From the NCBI GenBank assembly GCA_951406725.2, contig OX597814.1, forward strand, positions 117,366,001-117,430,000: DNA of 64,000 bases, given 5' to 3'. The position numbers and the translations under genes are program-made. The notes under the pieces are model-generated. The model did no database searches. It was given only the letters and a program-made list of their open reading frames with translations, and was not told where the DNA came from. The DNA comes from Octopus vulgaris. Its lineage: Eukaryota. This document shows positions 13,351-32,190 of the stretch, in pieces. Position 1 is the first letter of the stretch; the number at the start of each line of letters is the position of its first letter.

Positions 13351-14599
13351 CAGTTGAAATTTGTTGATGTAACTATAGTATGATATACATTATATGAACT
13401 TTCACTGAATGGTTTACCTTTCTTTCGGTCGAATTACTCGTTATATCATCCAATTTGGTGAAAATTTTCTTCATGCTATGTGCAAATACAGCAAGAAATT
13501 GCTATAAACAATGAAACAATGAACGCATATGGCATCAGTATTTGGCACAGCTCTATAATTATAATATAAAGAATTCATTTGAATTGTACAACAATCTGAA
13601 ATATCCGATAGAAATATAACAAAAATAACACATCCCTTTATACTAGTATAGTATTCTATTAAATTTACTATCGTAAAGTTTTTTTTGTAATTTCTGTAAT
13701 CTGATATAAAACTTTAGGTACAAATTTTAGGCAAACTTTACTTAAATGTCATGAAGTTTAGCAAATACAGTTAGATGAGTGTTATTTCGAAATCTGCCAA
13801 GTTTTAAAAGAAAAACAATTTTAGAATATACAGAATATACAATGTGATCTTATCATTCTACTGACAATAAATTATTAAATTTATTCCCTCCCTCAAAATA
13901 AAAAGAACAAAAGGATTTTCTCTTTATCTTCCTCACTCACTTAAATATTTACTAACACACAAACACATGAACAAGGATATAAATGCACAAGCGCGCTAAC
14001 ACACGCACGCACACTCACAAACACACACACACGTTGTAGTCTGTAGAATTCTCGAGTCTTCTTTTCAACATAATATAAGGTAAACATCATTTGCTGTCTC
14101 GAATGACACAGCACGGCATAACTATACATTGCTTAATGAGCCATTTTTTCCCTGATCTTCATTTTCAACAGTATTTCTGATAATCAGCATATGCCTCCCC
14201 GGGTGTTTTTTCGGTGTCGCTGCAAATGTCCATGATTTGAAGGTGACAGATGAAAGTTGTAACCTCAATGAAAAATCTATGAACAAATTTATGTCACATT
14301 AGTCCCGACATCGTCTTCAAAGCCATTTCACACATTACATATATCTAATCCTAGAATGAGGGAGGTTGCATACCCAGATTGAAAAGAGTAGACGCCACTT
14401 GTTCCACACCTGCGAAAATTTATATTCTCATTAAGGTTCTGATGACAACTTCACCCAAAATAAGCTCTTTAGGATTTCAAATTAAAGTTGAGCTTGCATG
14501 TATATATATGCATACATATATACATATACATACATACATACATATATACATAGATACACACACACACACATACACACACACATATATATATATATATAT

Positions 14600-14768
14600 A
14601 GTGACAAAGACAGGTGTGTAAAGAACAAATAGATGTATTAATTTAACGGTTGAGAGGTGAGAAAGTCTTTTACGTTTCGAGCCTCCGCTTTTCGGCAGAA
14701 AGGAACACTGGAATAGACATGGAGAGAAATTAAAGAAAAGTTCCGTGGTTAGCGATTTATCATGGCGA
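14600..14768 (-). mobile_element. Solo pLTR-like element with a hammerhead-like motif (14666-14703)
   Basis: Homologous to 59297-59505; minus strand reads CTGCCGA-A-AAGC-GGAG-GCTC-GAAA-CG-TA-AAAGA; (TA)n on both sides. Confidence 0.75.
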
Positions 14769-14772
14769 ATGA

Positions 14773-14817
<45 letters not shown>

Positions 14818-15274
14818 GTATATAAAACACATGCATATGTCCTCTTTCTATATAGTTAACATTCATCACCCCTATTGTTATCCATATTCCACTTTTTCCA
14901 CTTTTTATTGTGGTTGTATTTTTTGTAGTTGACGTTATGATTGGCTTGCACTAGAGAGCCAATTCGGGTGCTGAATGTAATATTTTAGTTTAGATTACGT
15001 ATTTGATTGTGTCGGTAAATGTATTTCTGGTGTGTCTATGGAATATATTGTTTATTGATTGAGCAGTACGATAATTCATACTGTCGGTTAGCAATTGTTT
15101 AGAAGCACAACAATTTAGGGATTCTTCGCTACTCTCTTTTCCAATTTGCCAATCAAATATATATAAGTTTAGTTATTCACAGACGTGTCCGATATATCGG
15201 GAATGTAATACGAAAAGATTGGCGATTCCGTTTGCAGATGGTTGTTGTTGCTGTTGTATGTATATGTATATATT

Positions 15275-15330
<56 letters not shown>

Positions 15331-15334
<4 letters not shown>

Positions 15335-15938
15335 CAATTGAGGATTAAATCTTTAAAAGAAATTATCAGTAGTCAGCGTGAAAAACCTCGTAAGGGAAAA
15401 AATCCGTAAATTCTTCCTCTTTGAAAATATTCATTTATATTATATTGAGGGTACTACTATTCGTAGATACCAACACGCTAAGAGGGACCAATGCGGTCAA
15501 AACTACTAAAAATAAACAACATTTTACCGAATGCAAAACTTCAAAACACATCATTTTAAAAAAGAATTCAGTTACATATCACATGTGATTTCGCTTTTAA
15601 ATGCAGAATATGCATTTTATGTTAATCAGTGCAACAAACTCAAGAAATATAAGAGAAAAACATAACATTACAAGCTCGATAGCCAACCGTAGAATTCGAC
15701 GTAGCATGTCCGAATGTTTATCTTTACATATCTATGAAAATGGCGGGCTTATTCGCAATGCATTTCGGTACAAATTGTCTATTCGGAATAAAAATTCAGT
15801 ATTGAACTATTCCGGTGAAAAATATAAATTAACAATTGAGGATAAAATCTTTAAAAGAAATTATCAGTAGTCAGCGTGAAAAACGCATTGGTCCCTCTTA
15901 GCGTGTTGGTATCTACGAATAGTAGTACCCTCAATATA

Positions 15939-15946
<8 letters not shown>
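15331..15946. mobile_element. Element with a direct repeat (15331-15386 / 15829-15884) and an inverted repeat (~15434-15494 / 15884-15946), bounded by (TA)n; PLE pLTR-type architecture
   Basis: ttaacaattgagga..aaatctttaaaagaaattatcagtagtcagcgtgaaaaac occurs twice; tattatattgagggtactactattcgtagataccaacacgctaagagggaccaatgcg occurs again as its reverse complement. Confidence 0.7.
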
Positions 15947-15994
<48 letters not shown>

Positions 15995-16758
15995 GTGTGT
16001 GTGAGTGCGTGTGTTCCTTAATCCATTCTGCATCTTCATTATGTTGTTTTTCAATGTTGCACAGGAGGGTCAGTGAGCTCTCTAGAGCCGAGAGTTGCGT
16101 ATTTTTTTAGGGTAATTACAAGTCTTGTGTATCGTGAGTAGAACGATTGTGAGGATATTATTTCTTATCCAGTTATGGCGTACATCGAACGTACGATACA
16201 ACACTTCATCTGTTAACGCTTCCATATTTCAGCATATCTAGAATCATTGTCTGGTGCAGCTATTTTTTGTTTAAGACAATGTTATACCTTAATGGAATTC
16301 TTGCTGCTATACCTACTTGCTCAGTTGACGACTTAAACTCCGGCACTTAATGTACTGCTTAATAGAAATAGATACTTTAAGAGGTTTTGTTGAGAATGCA
16401 ACAATTCGGAGCTTAAGGCTCTATGACAGATCACCATAACATTTATCTCTAAGTGGTGGCTCATAAGGGGTGGGGGATGTATGTACGTACGTTTGTAACG
16501 ATATGTTTAGAAACAGAGGACAAGGAAAATATGGAATCACTTTAGAGCCTTTTATTTATAATTTATGATTTAAACATAATGTAGTGTACTTACAACAAAA
16601 AGCTAAAAAGCTAGCTATTTACCTATTTACGACAACTACTATACAATCTGTATGCATTTTGAATTATAAGTTAATTGCTCTAAAGTGATATCACATGATT
16701 TATTTCTCTGTTCCCTCTTTTTGATATATATATATATATATACACACATACACACACT

Positions 16759-20151
<3,393 letters not shown>

Positions 20152-20702
20152 TAAGGGTGAAAATAAAACAACCCTGTAAAACACAACTGATCTTTACACA
20201 CAAACTCACAGAATAACGGCTAGCAAATAATGACAGCTGAATGAACAATAATCATCAGCGATTTGACTGTCGCCTGTACTCTTGACAAGTAATACCAGTT
20301 AGTCTTTTGTACCGACCAAGCTCATTCGTATTCGGCCAAATACTGGATAGGTTTTCGTTCCTTTAAGACTATTTTAGAACGGAAACATTTCATAGATTGG
20401 AATTTAAATCCTAACCACTATACACATTTATTGTTTCAAGAAAACATTGAATTCGAAATATTTTAATTTTTACCATCATAGAAAATAACTCGGGCTGTAA
20501 CCTCTGAACCTGAGTCAGGTGCGTGTGAATAAGTTCCAGAAAACTTCTGCCATGAATGATATCTTTTGACACAGGGCACCTCTAAGACTACCGCTGGGAG
20601 CTGAACTGCGACCAGGCTCAATAAAAGGAGCCTGAGTTAGTGACTACAATAACATGCGGGAAGTGTGTGCTGGTAGAATTTAAATCAGCATGCAAATACA
20701 CG

Positions 20703-21113
<411 letters not shown>

Positions 21114-21949
21114 TATATATATATATATATGCAATGCAGATGTTTTCTTTAAACTTTTGTCTAATTTTTACAGTTAGTACAATACCCTATCCACATATCC
21201 ATCAGTACCCTTCCTTTTATTGAAAGATACGCACAAATTTACACAATATTTGTTCAACAAACTTTTCAATATTGTGACGTACACAAATATCCTTGTCTAT
21301 TCGCATCCAATACTTCACAAAACAAATATTTTGTCCACAATTTGCTTATTCAGTATTTACTATTGTTACCTATATTTCTATTTTTGCACAGGCTAAGCAA
21401 AAGTAACTTAAATACTTTTGTCCATTTCTGTATAATTAAGAATCGAATGTTATGAAGCCAAATTGAGAAACAAGCAGAAGTAGATAACAACAACTAAAAA
21501 AGCAAAAGCAACATCATAACAGTAAGAAAGCAAATAAACGCCACAATACCGGCACAACACGTCCACAATAATTGCAAACTGGTCTGATAGTGAAATCGAC
21601 TTTCTCATTAATGTACGGTTCATTCTTTCTCAAATTGAAAATATCCACGCCTCATGTATAAATCTCATTGCCAAATGAGTTATTCACCTTTCTAATAACA
21701 GTCATGTGAAACAAATTCAAAACAGAATGAAGCAAATTACTACTTTATGTCATACAATTATTAACGACGTGGGTAAACTCGTTCAGATCTTTCCAGCAAC
21801 CACATCTCGCGATGTTTGAGTAACAACAACAAAAACAACTGGCACAGCAACAAAGCTGCAGCCACAAAGACGTGTACATCAAGAAAGTTTTCTAAGCCAC
21901 AAAAATACTATACCACAAAAAAACTCATCTCCATCAACGTCGACATTCT

Positions 21950-21950
<1 letters not shown>

Positions 21951-22031
<81 letters not shown>

Positions 22032-22130
22032 GCTACTACTAACACCACCACCACCACATTCACCACCACCACCACCATATCATTTACCCTCACCACCACC
22101 ACCATCACCACCACCACCACCACCACCACC

Positions 22131-22167
<37 letters not shown>

Positions 22168-22235
22168 ACACCACCACCACCACCACCACCACCACCACCA
22201 CCACCATCACCACCACCACCACCACCACCACCACC

Positions 22236-22271
<36 letters not shown>

Positions 22272-22272
22272 T
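21951..22272. repeat. Compound (ACT)n/(ACC)n trinucleotide microsatellite
   Basis: Direct reading; produces the spurious poly-Thr, poly-Val and poly-Gly ORFs. Confidence 0.95.
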
Positions 22273-22339
22273 CGTGACAAAATTCAACCACTCCTTTTCT
22301 TCACCTTACCCAACTTCATTACCCCAAATCCTCAGTCCC

Positions 22340-23100
22340 TTAAAGCATCCGCACGTCGGCGACGAAATCCAAAAGGATGTGGGCATTCTTTAAGCGCGAG
22401 TCTATATAAACATTCTGTGGCTGTAATTTTATTTACCTACCACTACGATCAAAATCAGTTCGTAACTCTAATATCTGCCGCTATTCCCAAACAACGGTGA
22501 TTATGTCGACAGCAAGATTGTACGTTCACACATCCCCTCGTACCATCAAAATTAACACTTCGATCCCTGCCCGAAATTACATAAAAGATGCACCCTGTTG
22601 CATCAGTACAGGCATATGTTTTTGTTTTTCCCACAAGTCGGGTACCAATCAAGCACCGAGCAAAATATATTAAAACAAAACCCAGCCCCGGCGGCACAAA
22701 ATTTCCCAGCAGCTTGGGAAACTGTACAATATTCATTAGGAAAACTAATGAATCAGCAACCGACAGAGTAATCACAAATTCAGCCTCCAAAGTCTCCTTA
22801 ACCAGGTTAACTCTCCATTTTACAGTTGCGGAACTTAGCAAAAAGAGATCCAAAAAAGTGTCTGGGATATCACACAGATTCAGCCAGTGCAGAAACAAAA
22901 CTCTTCGCTACCAATGAGCAATACGTCTCTTCCGAGCCTTTACGCTATCATTAACAATTTCTCTGAATGAACAATGCATCCCTCCATCTTTGAATTCAAG
23001 ACGATGGAAGCTTCTATTTAGTCAAAGTTGGGTTTCCGAGCCCCTTCATCGTATTCCTTCCTTCAGTCTAACTGAGTCTCACCTTCACACCTCTCACTTG
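22340..23100 (-). pseudogene. Probable decayed Tx1/L1-clade LINE ORF1
   Basis: ORF 22455-22898 has LCDIPDTFL, IGTRLV and FYVISGRDRSVNFDGTRGC..., resembling Tx1 ORF1 (xxNVPxxI...NGxRxV...xxIxGxxxxVxYDGQPRxC), followed by degenerate Cys/His-rich knuckles. Confidence 0.4.
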
Positions 23101-23580
23101 GAAGCGGAGTTAAATGGGAAGACTGCAACGACAGAAGAAAGGAGGAAGTGCTATTTTTCCTCATGTGGTATTTACCATACATAATATTGACTCATTCTCC
23201 AATAGCTATTGGAAATCAGTTACTCTGTGTAACATAACCGATTTAACAATAATGGGGCTTTTCGGTTCATCCCAAGCGTACTCAGTTTCAAGGAACACCT
23301 TATGGGTATTAAGTCTTTCATTCAGCAGCGCTAGTCTGATAATGTTTTGATAATGGGTATACTTTGCAATGTGTTAGTTTTCAATGTGTTCACATTGTTA
23401 ACAAGTGTGGGCAGGATGCTCCACTTGGTTCATTCTGCATTTCTATGATGTTTATTCTTACATGTGCATGCGTTTGCGTCTGAATTTGTGTACTTGTGTA
23501 CATATATGCGTGTGTGTGTGTGCGTGATTGTGCGTACGCATGTCTAAGTCTTTCCCATGTGTGTTTATGCATGTATATAT

Positions 23581-23808
23581 ATTTCTTTACAACCCACAAG
23601 GGGCTAAACACACAGGGGACAAACAAGGACAGTCAAAGGGATTAAGTCGATAACATCGGCCCCAGTGCGTAACTTGTACTTAATTATTAACCCCGAAAGG
23701 ATGCAAGGCAAAGTCGACTTCGGCGGAATTTGAACTCGGAACGTGACGACAGACGAAATACGGCTACGCATTTCGCCCGGCGTGCTAACGTTTCTGACAG
23801 CTCGCCTT
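23581..23808 (-). mobile_element. tRNA-derived SINE family B
   Basis: Reverse complement of 32979-33201 (ggcgagctg.cagaaacgttagcacgccgggcgaaatgc...gagttcaaattccgccga). Confidence 0.85.
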
Positions 23809-24086
23809 ATATGCGTGTATATATGGACTCATAGCTTTTTTATTATTGTCATCGTTATAGACGTTGTTCTTAGTAAGACCATGATGCTCCTCTCACTCTG
23901 TCCCCTCTCCCATTGCTGCTGCTGCTGCCATTGTACCGGTCTGCTGGTATTTTTTCCACTTTAATAATTTTATGTTTATAAGTCATTTGGTGCCCAGTTG
24001 ACTATCAGGCTAAACAAATCTTCGTGAGTGGATGTCGTAGACCGTCATATACATACACAAATATTCATATATAAATGTATATATTT

Positions 24087-24169
<83 letters not shown>

Positions 24170-24355
24170 AGAGTATATATGTGTGTGTGTGTGGGGGGGG
24201 TTTGTATTCCATGTTTTCGGATTTCGTATGTCATGTTGTTTACTTTTGATGACTTACTGAACTCATATAAGCATATGTGTATACTTATATATGTAAATTT
24301 GCAAATATATGCATGTATATACGCATATACATACATACATGCTATATATATATAT

Positions 24356-24440
<85 letters not shown>

Positions 24441-25296
24441 TATATTATTTATAGCATTATATGATTGAGAGCCATGTATCCATTTCTAAGTAAGGTTATC
24501 TTAATATTTTGATATTCATGCGATTTTCTGTACTGTTATCTCTCCCACTACTTTTCTTCTCTCTTCCGTTCTCAAATTATTTGTATCTCCTCTTCTCCCC
24601 CTTTCGTATTTCTTTCTTATTCTTTCTCTAATTCTTTTCCTCTCCCCTACACCGTTCTTTATCTCTCCCTCTCTCTTTCATACTCTTCCTTCTTTATTAT
24701 CTCGTTGCTCACACGTGACCATCGGCCAACTTTATTTCGCTAACTTGATCTTGTTTCCTTTCGATATGCCACACAGATCACACGCATTCTTGTTTGTCTC
24801 CTCACCTATCTTTTCTCCTGTCAGAGCTTGTTCCTCCAACATTCGCCACCTTATCTCGTTATGGCTTTGAAGCCTTTACTGTTTGTTTTCACTGTCCTGT
24901 TTTTGTTACCAACTGTGACGCTCTGCAAATCGCGAATTTTACTTTGCCTTGCGTTAGCAACTCTATTCTAAAAGACACATATTTTCTTAATTGCTCAGAA
25001 AATGTGGAGTAGCTGGAAAACCGACAAAGGATAAACGGTCGTTCATTATGTTACATGTCTTGTTTTCCATTTCTTTCTTTCGTTGTTCGAAAAAAGTACG
25101 GATTCCATGATTTCGTTTTTCGTATTTCGTGTTGTTTACGTTTTATGACTCTGAACCCACATATATATATATGTACGTTTGTACATATATGTATCGATAT
25201 AAGCATGTATATGTTATATATCCCGAGCCTTATACCGATATATCTGTTTGTTGTCTACACCAACTGTCTTTGTCTTTTGTTTTTCTTGTGAATTCT

Positions 25297-25327
<31 letters not shown>

Positions 25328-25334
<7 letters not shown>

Positions 25335-25617
25335 ATCACGTGACCGACCAGACCATCAGATGTTGTTACACATCGCTGGTCACAATGCGTTCGCATTGTT
25401 TTAGCCTTCGAATGACGCCACCCCGCTGGCTAAGCGAGCAGGCCAACAAAAGAAAAAATGGGAGAAAGAGTGGTGAAAGAGTACAGCAGGGATCACCACT
25501 TCCTGCCGGAGACTCGTGGAGCTTTTAGGTGTTTTCGCTCAACAAACACTGACTAGGAATCGAAACCGCGATCCTGCGACCGCGAGTCCGCTGCCCTAAC
25601 CACTAGGCCATTGCGCC
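25328..25617 (-). mobile_element. tRNA-derived SINE family C
   Basis: Reverse complement of 20807-21113; flanked by (TA)n and (CA)n. Confidence 0.85.
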
Positions 25618-25619
25618 TC

Positions 25620-25665
<46 letters not shown>

Positions 25666-26261
25666 CACACACGCACACACATATATATATATATATCAGA
25701 GTAGTGACGCAAAACAATGTTCACGTGTACTCTCAATTTAGGTTAGTTGAACTATGTTTGTCAGAAATTTCAACTTCTAAACGTGAATGCACTGCCGGTT
25801 CCGTGGAGAAAAATATCTCTCATATTGTAAAAAGGTGTGAAAATACCTAGTTCGCTGAATTATATAAAGCTATAAGCATTATTTAGATCTCTCATGTACA
25901 TCTCATTGACAAAAGTCAATAATTTCGAACAAACTTTGTCTCATATTCCCGAGAGAGGGCGACACTGAGTGAAATGTGTGCTTTCACACCTTTTTACCAT
26001 AAGAGAGATTTTGTGTATTTGCCTTTAGCAGTTAAAATATGTGATAAACATACATCAATTAACATAAATTATGATTATACGGCTATGCGCCATTACTTCG
26101 ATATTTTTCTCGATTAAGCGATCGACTAGAGCAAATAGAGAGAGGGCGGCACTGAACGAACTATGTATTTTCTCACCTTTTAACCGTAAGAGAGATATTT
26201 ACTCCAAGGTAACTGTTGTGTATTTGCCTTTAGCCGTTGATATAATTGTGTATGTGACCTC

Positions 26262-26455
26262 GTGTGTACCGTTGGCGATGTTTTTTCCTCTCTCTTCCCT
26301 TCTCTGGATCTTTCCTTCTCCTATGTTTCCGACGAAGAGCTCCACTGGAAACGTTAAAACCTCCTTCTTTCCTTCTTTCCTGAGCGTCCAATATTACTAT
26401 ATTTGTTCCACGTCCTCGCGTTGTTGTGTTTTTGTGGTTTCTTGTTTGGATTAAC
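26262..26455 (+). mobile_element. Solo pLTR-like element with a degenerate hammerhead (26325-26360)
   Basis: gttt-CCGACGA-A-GAGC-TCC-ACTG-GAAA-CG-TT-aaaac ... ttcctgagcgtc; homologous to 4266-4445; ends at (TA)n. Confidence 0.65.
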
Positions 26456-26483
26456 TATATATATACATATATATATATGTATA

Positions 26484-26808
<325 letters not shown>

Positions 26809-26854
26809 AATATACATACATATTTTTATACATAATCTCTCTCTCTCTCTCTCT

Positions 26855-26901
<47 letters not shown>

Positions 26902-28396
26902 GCTTGTATATATATATATATATATAGACGCTTGTATATATATATATATATATGTTTCTATACATACATATGTACATACATATGTATGTATCTATCTGAC
27001 AAATCAATGTTATGATCCGATTTTCCAGATTCTATCGCGTGTATATGCCTCAGGAATGACTATTGATACATTAAAAATAATTCTTTTAATTATATTCACA
27101 ATTTAATGAATGTAAAATATACTTTTAATTACCTTAATTTCTTACAATCTATACTTCCCCCACAATCACTTTGTCTCGCACTCACCCTTCTACCTGCAAC
27201 TATTGTCAGAAATTAAGTCCCACTTTCCCATTTCGACTTGTGCTGTCTATCTTAATTAATATTGTCTACATTTCCCACTGTTTCCCCTTTCATCTGCCAA
27301 TCTCTTTCATTTGATCTTTAATATTTTTTTTCTGTTATTTTGTCAGTTCCCTTATTTGTATGTATTATATATTTGTCTTATTTTACATCTTATTTTCCAT
27401 ACAATTTTGCAACTTTTCTAAACACCAGCGTGGTAATTTTTCCTTAAATACCTGCTGGCATCAACGAAAGCTAATATAAATCACCTCAGTAAACAATCCT
27501 CAATTTAAATCTTTTTCCTTCCTAGATGTTCGTTCACAAATTATACTGTTCACCGCGCCGACGACATAAATATCACAAATCTATTTTCTCACAGTGACAC
27601 CAGTTTTAATGCCCTCCGTCAAGCTTTTTCATATACTGGAGAAGTTACGTGACATATTCCAGCTGAAGTAATGACCAGGAATGCTATTCACAATGATATT
27701 GAACTCACTTGCTTCTCGCAATATGATCTTAATTCTGTGCCATATTGTGAAATTCTACTTTGCCTCACAATCAAAGTGAATCCAAAATTAGAAATATTAA
27801 ATTTCTAAATATTTCAAAGAGATATAAGCAGTGGTGGAACGATAGAGCGGTTGTATACTGTCGACTTACCGTGACAGTATACAACTGCTCAGAGTGAATA
27901 ATTTTTTAAAACTTAAAATTATCAAACATTAGACTGTAATTAACTCATGTGTATTATCGCTTATTGTTATATGAAACAAAATGGCAAAATCTTCCAACTC
28001 GAGGAAAGTGGAATTGCACCTTTGTATCACCTCATACAAACAATACATTTCGTAACGCATTTCAAACTATTATAATAACTGCATCGATGTGTATCATACA
28101 TTTATGGAAGGACAAATTCTTTGAAAGCTGTAGCGCCTCTGAAGGTCAGAAGAGTGGAACAACAAGAAACATTTTTAGGGAGAGAGCATCTCTGTCAGAA
28201 GCGACTGAACACAATGTGTTTGAAAAATGAAATCGTACAAAGCCGTTGGATGACATTACAATGGCATTTCAATAATTAGAATAGAATCAAAATGCAAAGT
28301 TATAAATATCAAGGAAGTCATACGTAAACGCTTTCTGATAACTTAGTCAGCATCGCCCTATGCTGACATCAGCTCAATATGGCTTCCTTTCCTGAA

Positions 28397-28452
<56 letters not shown>

Positions 28453-28627
28453 GTGTGTATGTGTGTGTATGCATGTGTGCGTGTGCGTGTCTGTGTGTGC
28501 GTGTGCACGTACATAAATATACATAAAATCATATATTTATATATGTATGTATATATATGTACATGCATGTATAGATGCAAAGATATATTTGTATATATGT
28601 ATACATATAAATGTGTATGTATATAAG

Positions 28628-28664
<37 letters not shown>

Positions 28665-28720
28665 ATATGTATGTATATACAATCCATACACATATATGCG
28701 TATATATATATATATATCAA

Positions 28721-28785
<65 letters not shown>

Positions 28786-30288
28786 GCACACATATATATA
28801 TGTACGTATATATGTATGCACAATAATATGCATATTTCATTTTATATAAGTTGCTTACTTTCGATTCAAATGTCTTACTAAATACTCTTCTAACTGCAAC
28901 ACATATGTGACATAACTGTAAACTAGTTGTAAACAATATTTCTCTGTTCATCTGAATGATAAACATAACAGTAAAGCAAAGGAAAATCTTATTAAAAAAC
29001 GTATCGTGCCCACCACTGAAAGATTTAATCAAAAGTTACACAAACATGTTTCTTCACAACTCGTAAACAGAACGGGAATATATGAAAATGTAAGCATGCC
29101 TATGTCATACAAGAGTCACTTTTCTTCATCCTCTGCTTCTCTATAACCCTTCAACTGCAATCCATGTTAAGCTTTGATGTTGCTATATGCCTTTTTAATT
29201 TAATCATCTACTACCTAAACACTTTTTATTTCATTTTATTAATTTTTTTTTTTTTTTTGTAAAATTACATCTTCAGAGTTATCATCCCTAAACTTGCTTC
29301 ATACTTACATAATTACTTGCAAAATGGGATTCTGTTGTGTTTTTTTTACGTGATTCGAATAGGTAGACTTATATCATTTACCTGAAGTACACAACTCATA
29401 CCATTCTACATATTTTTGTTATCTAATTAAATTTCATTTCCATATATTTCTTCACCTTCTTACACATCTTCGTTGAATTATAACATATTTTCACATATAT
29501 TCAGGATATAAATACTCGAATGATTTGAATATTAATAAGTACGTAAGATACCGCTGGGGAAAGGTTTAAAGATAGGGATTACTGAAAGATTGAAAGTTTT
29601 GGGTCAGGACTCTTCTGTGTTTAGCTGAAAGTATTCTGAATACTTATTGTCGGTTGCTACCAGATATCTACTCGGATAAAGGCGATAGAGATGATGTGAA
29701 AATATATGCCATCGAACACATTAGCCCACATACACTGCATGATCTCAAACTGCTTTAAACCTTACCTCACCGATCACAGTATTATAAGATTTCAAAACGG
29801 TGTCCCAGCTTTGCTACACATAAATTTGAATGCTAACGACAGCTCATGAGACGTGTTGCCAACTTACCCTTTTATGAATGAAATCTTTAGTACGAATATT
29901 CTCCATCGGTATCTCTAATCTAAAGAACTTATAATGCAGGAAACAACTATACGATTAAACTGCCAATGTTTCAAGCTTAATGGGAAAATGTACATTTTCT
30001 CTCCTTTATCACATTAAATACCCCAACAAAGATATCAAGCTCAACTTCCAAGTCAAGCTGAATCCAGGACTTCTTCAGTCAGTAACAGTGCGGTTATCTC
30101 AGGTACCAGTGGTTTACGGCATATAACTCTTCTCTCGCTTCTGCAATACCTTTTATACCCATGGAATATCTTGGTGCATATTATACTCAAATATGCTCAA
30201 TCTCGCGATAGGCATTTCCTCTTTATTCTGACCCTCTCTCTCTGTGCCTATGTCACTGTGAGTTTTTTTCTGTCTAAGACTGTCTGCC

Positions 30289-30290
<2 letters not shown>

Positions 30291-30362
<72 letters not shown>

Positions 30363-30375
30363 CATCCATCCATCC

Positions 30376-30446
<71 letters not shown>

Positions 30447-30451
30447 CATCC

Positions 30452-30514
<63 letters not shown>
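30291..30514. repeat. (TATC)n/(CATC)n tetranucleotide microsatellite
   Basis: Direct reading; similar tracts at ~6850-6945, ~17752-17820 and 38895-39052. Confidence 0.95.
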
Positions 30515-30518
<4 letters not shown>

Positions 30519-30784
30519 ACTCAGTCATTTCTTCCTAGGTGTATCCTCTGTAATTTCTACACGATCACAAGTTTCCTACGAACCCCAAACTTTATTAGTT
30601 GAAACTGAAACACAGTCACATGGATATCACCAGCATGGGAATAAGCTGAACAATTTTTAGCGTTGCATTACTTCTTATGATTACAATGGGAAAAAAATAA
30701 CGCTAAAAGCGCTAAAATGTTTTCATACAACGAAGAGGTGAATTCAATTCAAATTTGTTTCCGTTGTGTTAAGTATCTTTCATA

Positions 30785-30945
30785 GGCGTAGGAGTGGCTG
30801 TGAGGTAAGTAGCTTTTTTACGAACCACATGTTTTTGGGTTCAGTTCCACTGCGTGGCACCTTGGGTAAGTGTCTTCTACTATAGCCACGGACCGATCAA
30901 AGCCTTGTGAGTGGATTTGGTAGACGGAAACTGAAAGACGCCCGT

Positions 30946-30998
<53 letters not shown>

Positions 30999-31220
30999 AT
31001 TATGTGTGTATATGTTTGTTTGTTGTTTTTTTCCCCGACATCGCTTGACAACCAATGGTGATGTGTTTACGTCCCCGTAACTTAGCGTTTCGACAAAAAT
31101 GACTGATAGAATAAGTACTTGGCTTACAAAGAATAACGTCTGAGGTCTATTTGCTCGACTAAAGGCGGTGTTCCAGCATGGTCACAGTCAAATGACTGAA
31201 ACAAGTAAAAGAGTAAAGAG
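30785..31220 (+). mobile_element. SINE family A, full length
   Basis: ggcgtaggagtggctgtg head through the gactgaaacaagtaaaagag tail, with internal microsatellite. Confidence 0.9.
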
Positions 31221-32010
31221 TATCTTGCAGAGTTGGGGAAAAATCCTGGATGCTTTGGGAGAATCTACATCTCAACGTGAATATGAACAGTGCCATAGAA
31301 TGAATATCATTACGATTTCCCCAACTAACAATAACGAAACGATAAGTAAGTTATGATGATATATATATATATTCACATATAATGTTTAAAAACTAAGGGG
31401 ACAGATCATACTGAATATGAGTCCAGCCCCTTTGGATATAACAAAGTATTTCAACCAAAAACACCCCAACTATGATTCAGAGTAATGTTATGGAAGACTA
31501 CATTGGTCAATGCCTTCTTTCTTTCTAAATAGTGGATAGCATGATTTGACAGAAACATTTCTATTATTTATTTCCAGCATTTGTCCATTCTCAGACCATT
31601 TCAGTATTGACAATATACAAACTGCGTTTTCTAAATTACGCTTCACTCGTCTACTTCAACTTATAAACCTTTATGTAACACAATATAATGCAATTTCACA
31701 TTTGCATTGATATAAAGTATGAAAAAAAAAAAGGTTTTGGTTCAAATAATGTTTGAATATATGGAATATATTGAATGACTAAAGCACAGTGAAATATTTT
31801 GCTGCTTTGTAGTTGTCACTATATATTCACTGTGTTCTTCTTAAGTATCCAGTGTATATGTATATATGCATGTTCTTAAGTTCATATATACATTATGTAG
31901 GTTTGAATGAGTGTACGTTTGTTTGTTTTCTGTTGCATGTATATTCGATTGCGTATACGCACGCATGTACGTAAGTGTGCATTCATATGTTTGAATGTAT
32001 ATGAATATTC

Positions 32011-32190
<180 letters not shown>

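Noticed and set aside
21816-22291. Poly-Thr (mucin-like), poly-Val and poly-Gly/Ser ORFs
   Set aside because: Translations of an (ACT)n/(ACC)n microsatellite that is open in several frames; no splice or domain context
28374-29032. Long YI/CV/TH-rich ORFs (also at 14.4-14.9, 16.6-17.3, 24.0-24.5, 31.9-32.3 and 55.2-55.6 kb)
   Set aside because: Products of (TA)n/(TG)n dinucleotide repeats, which lack stop codons
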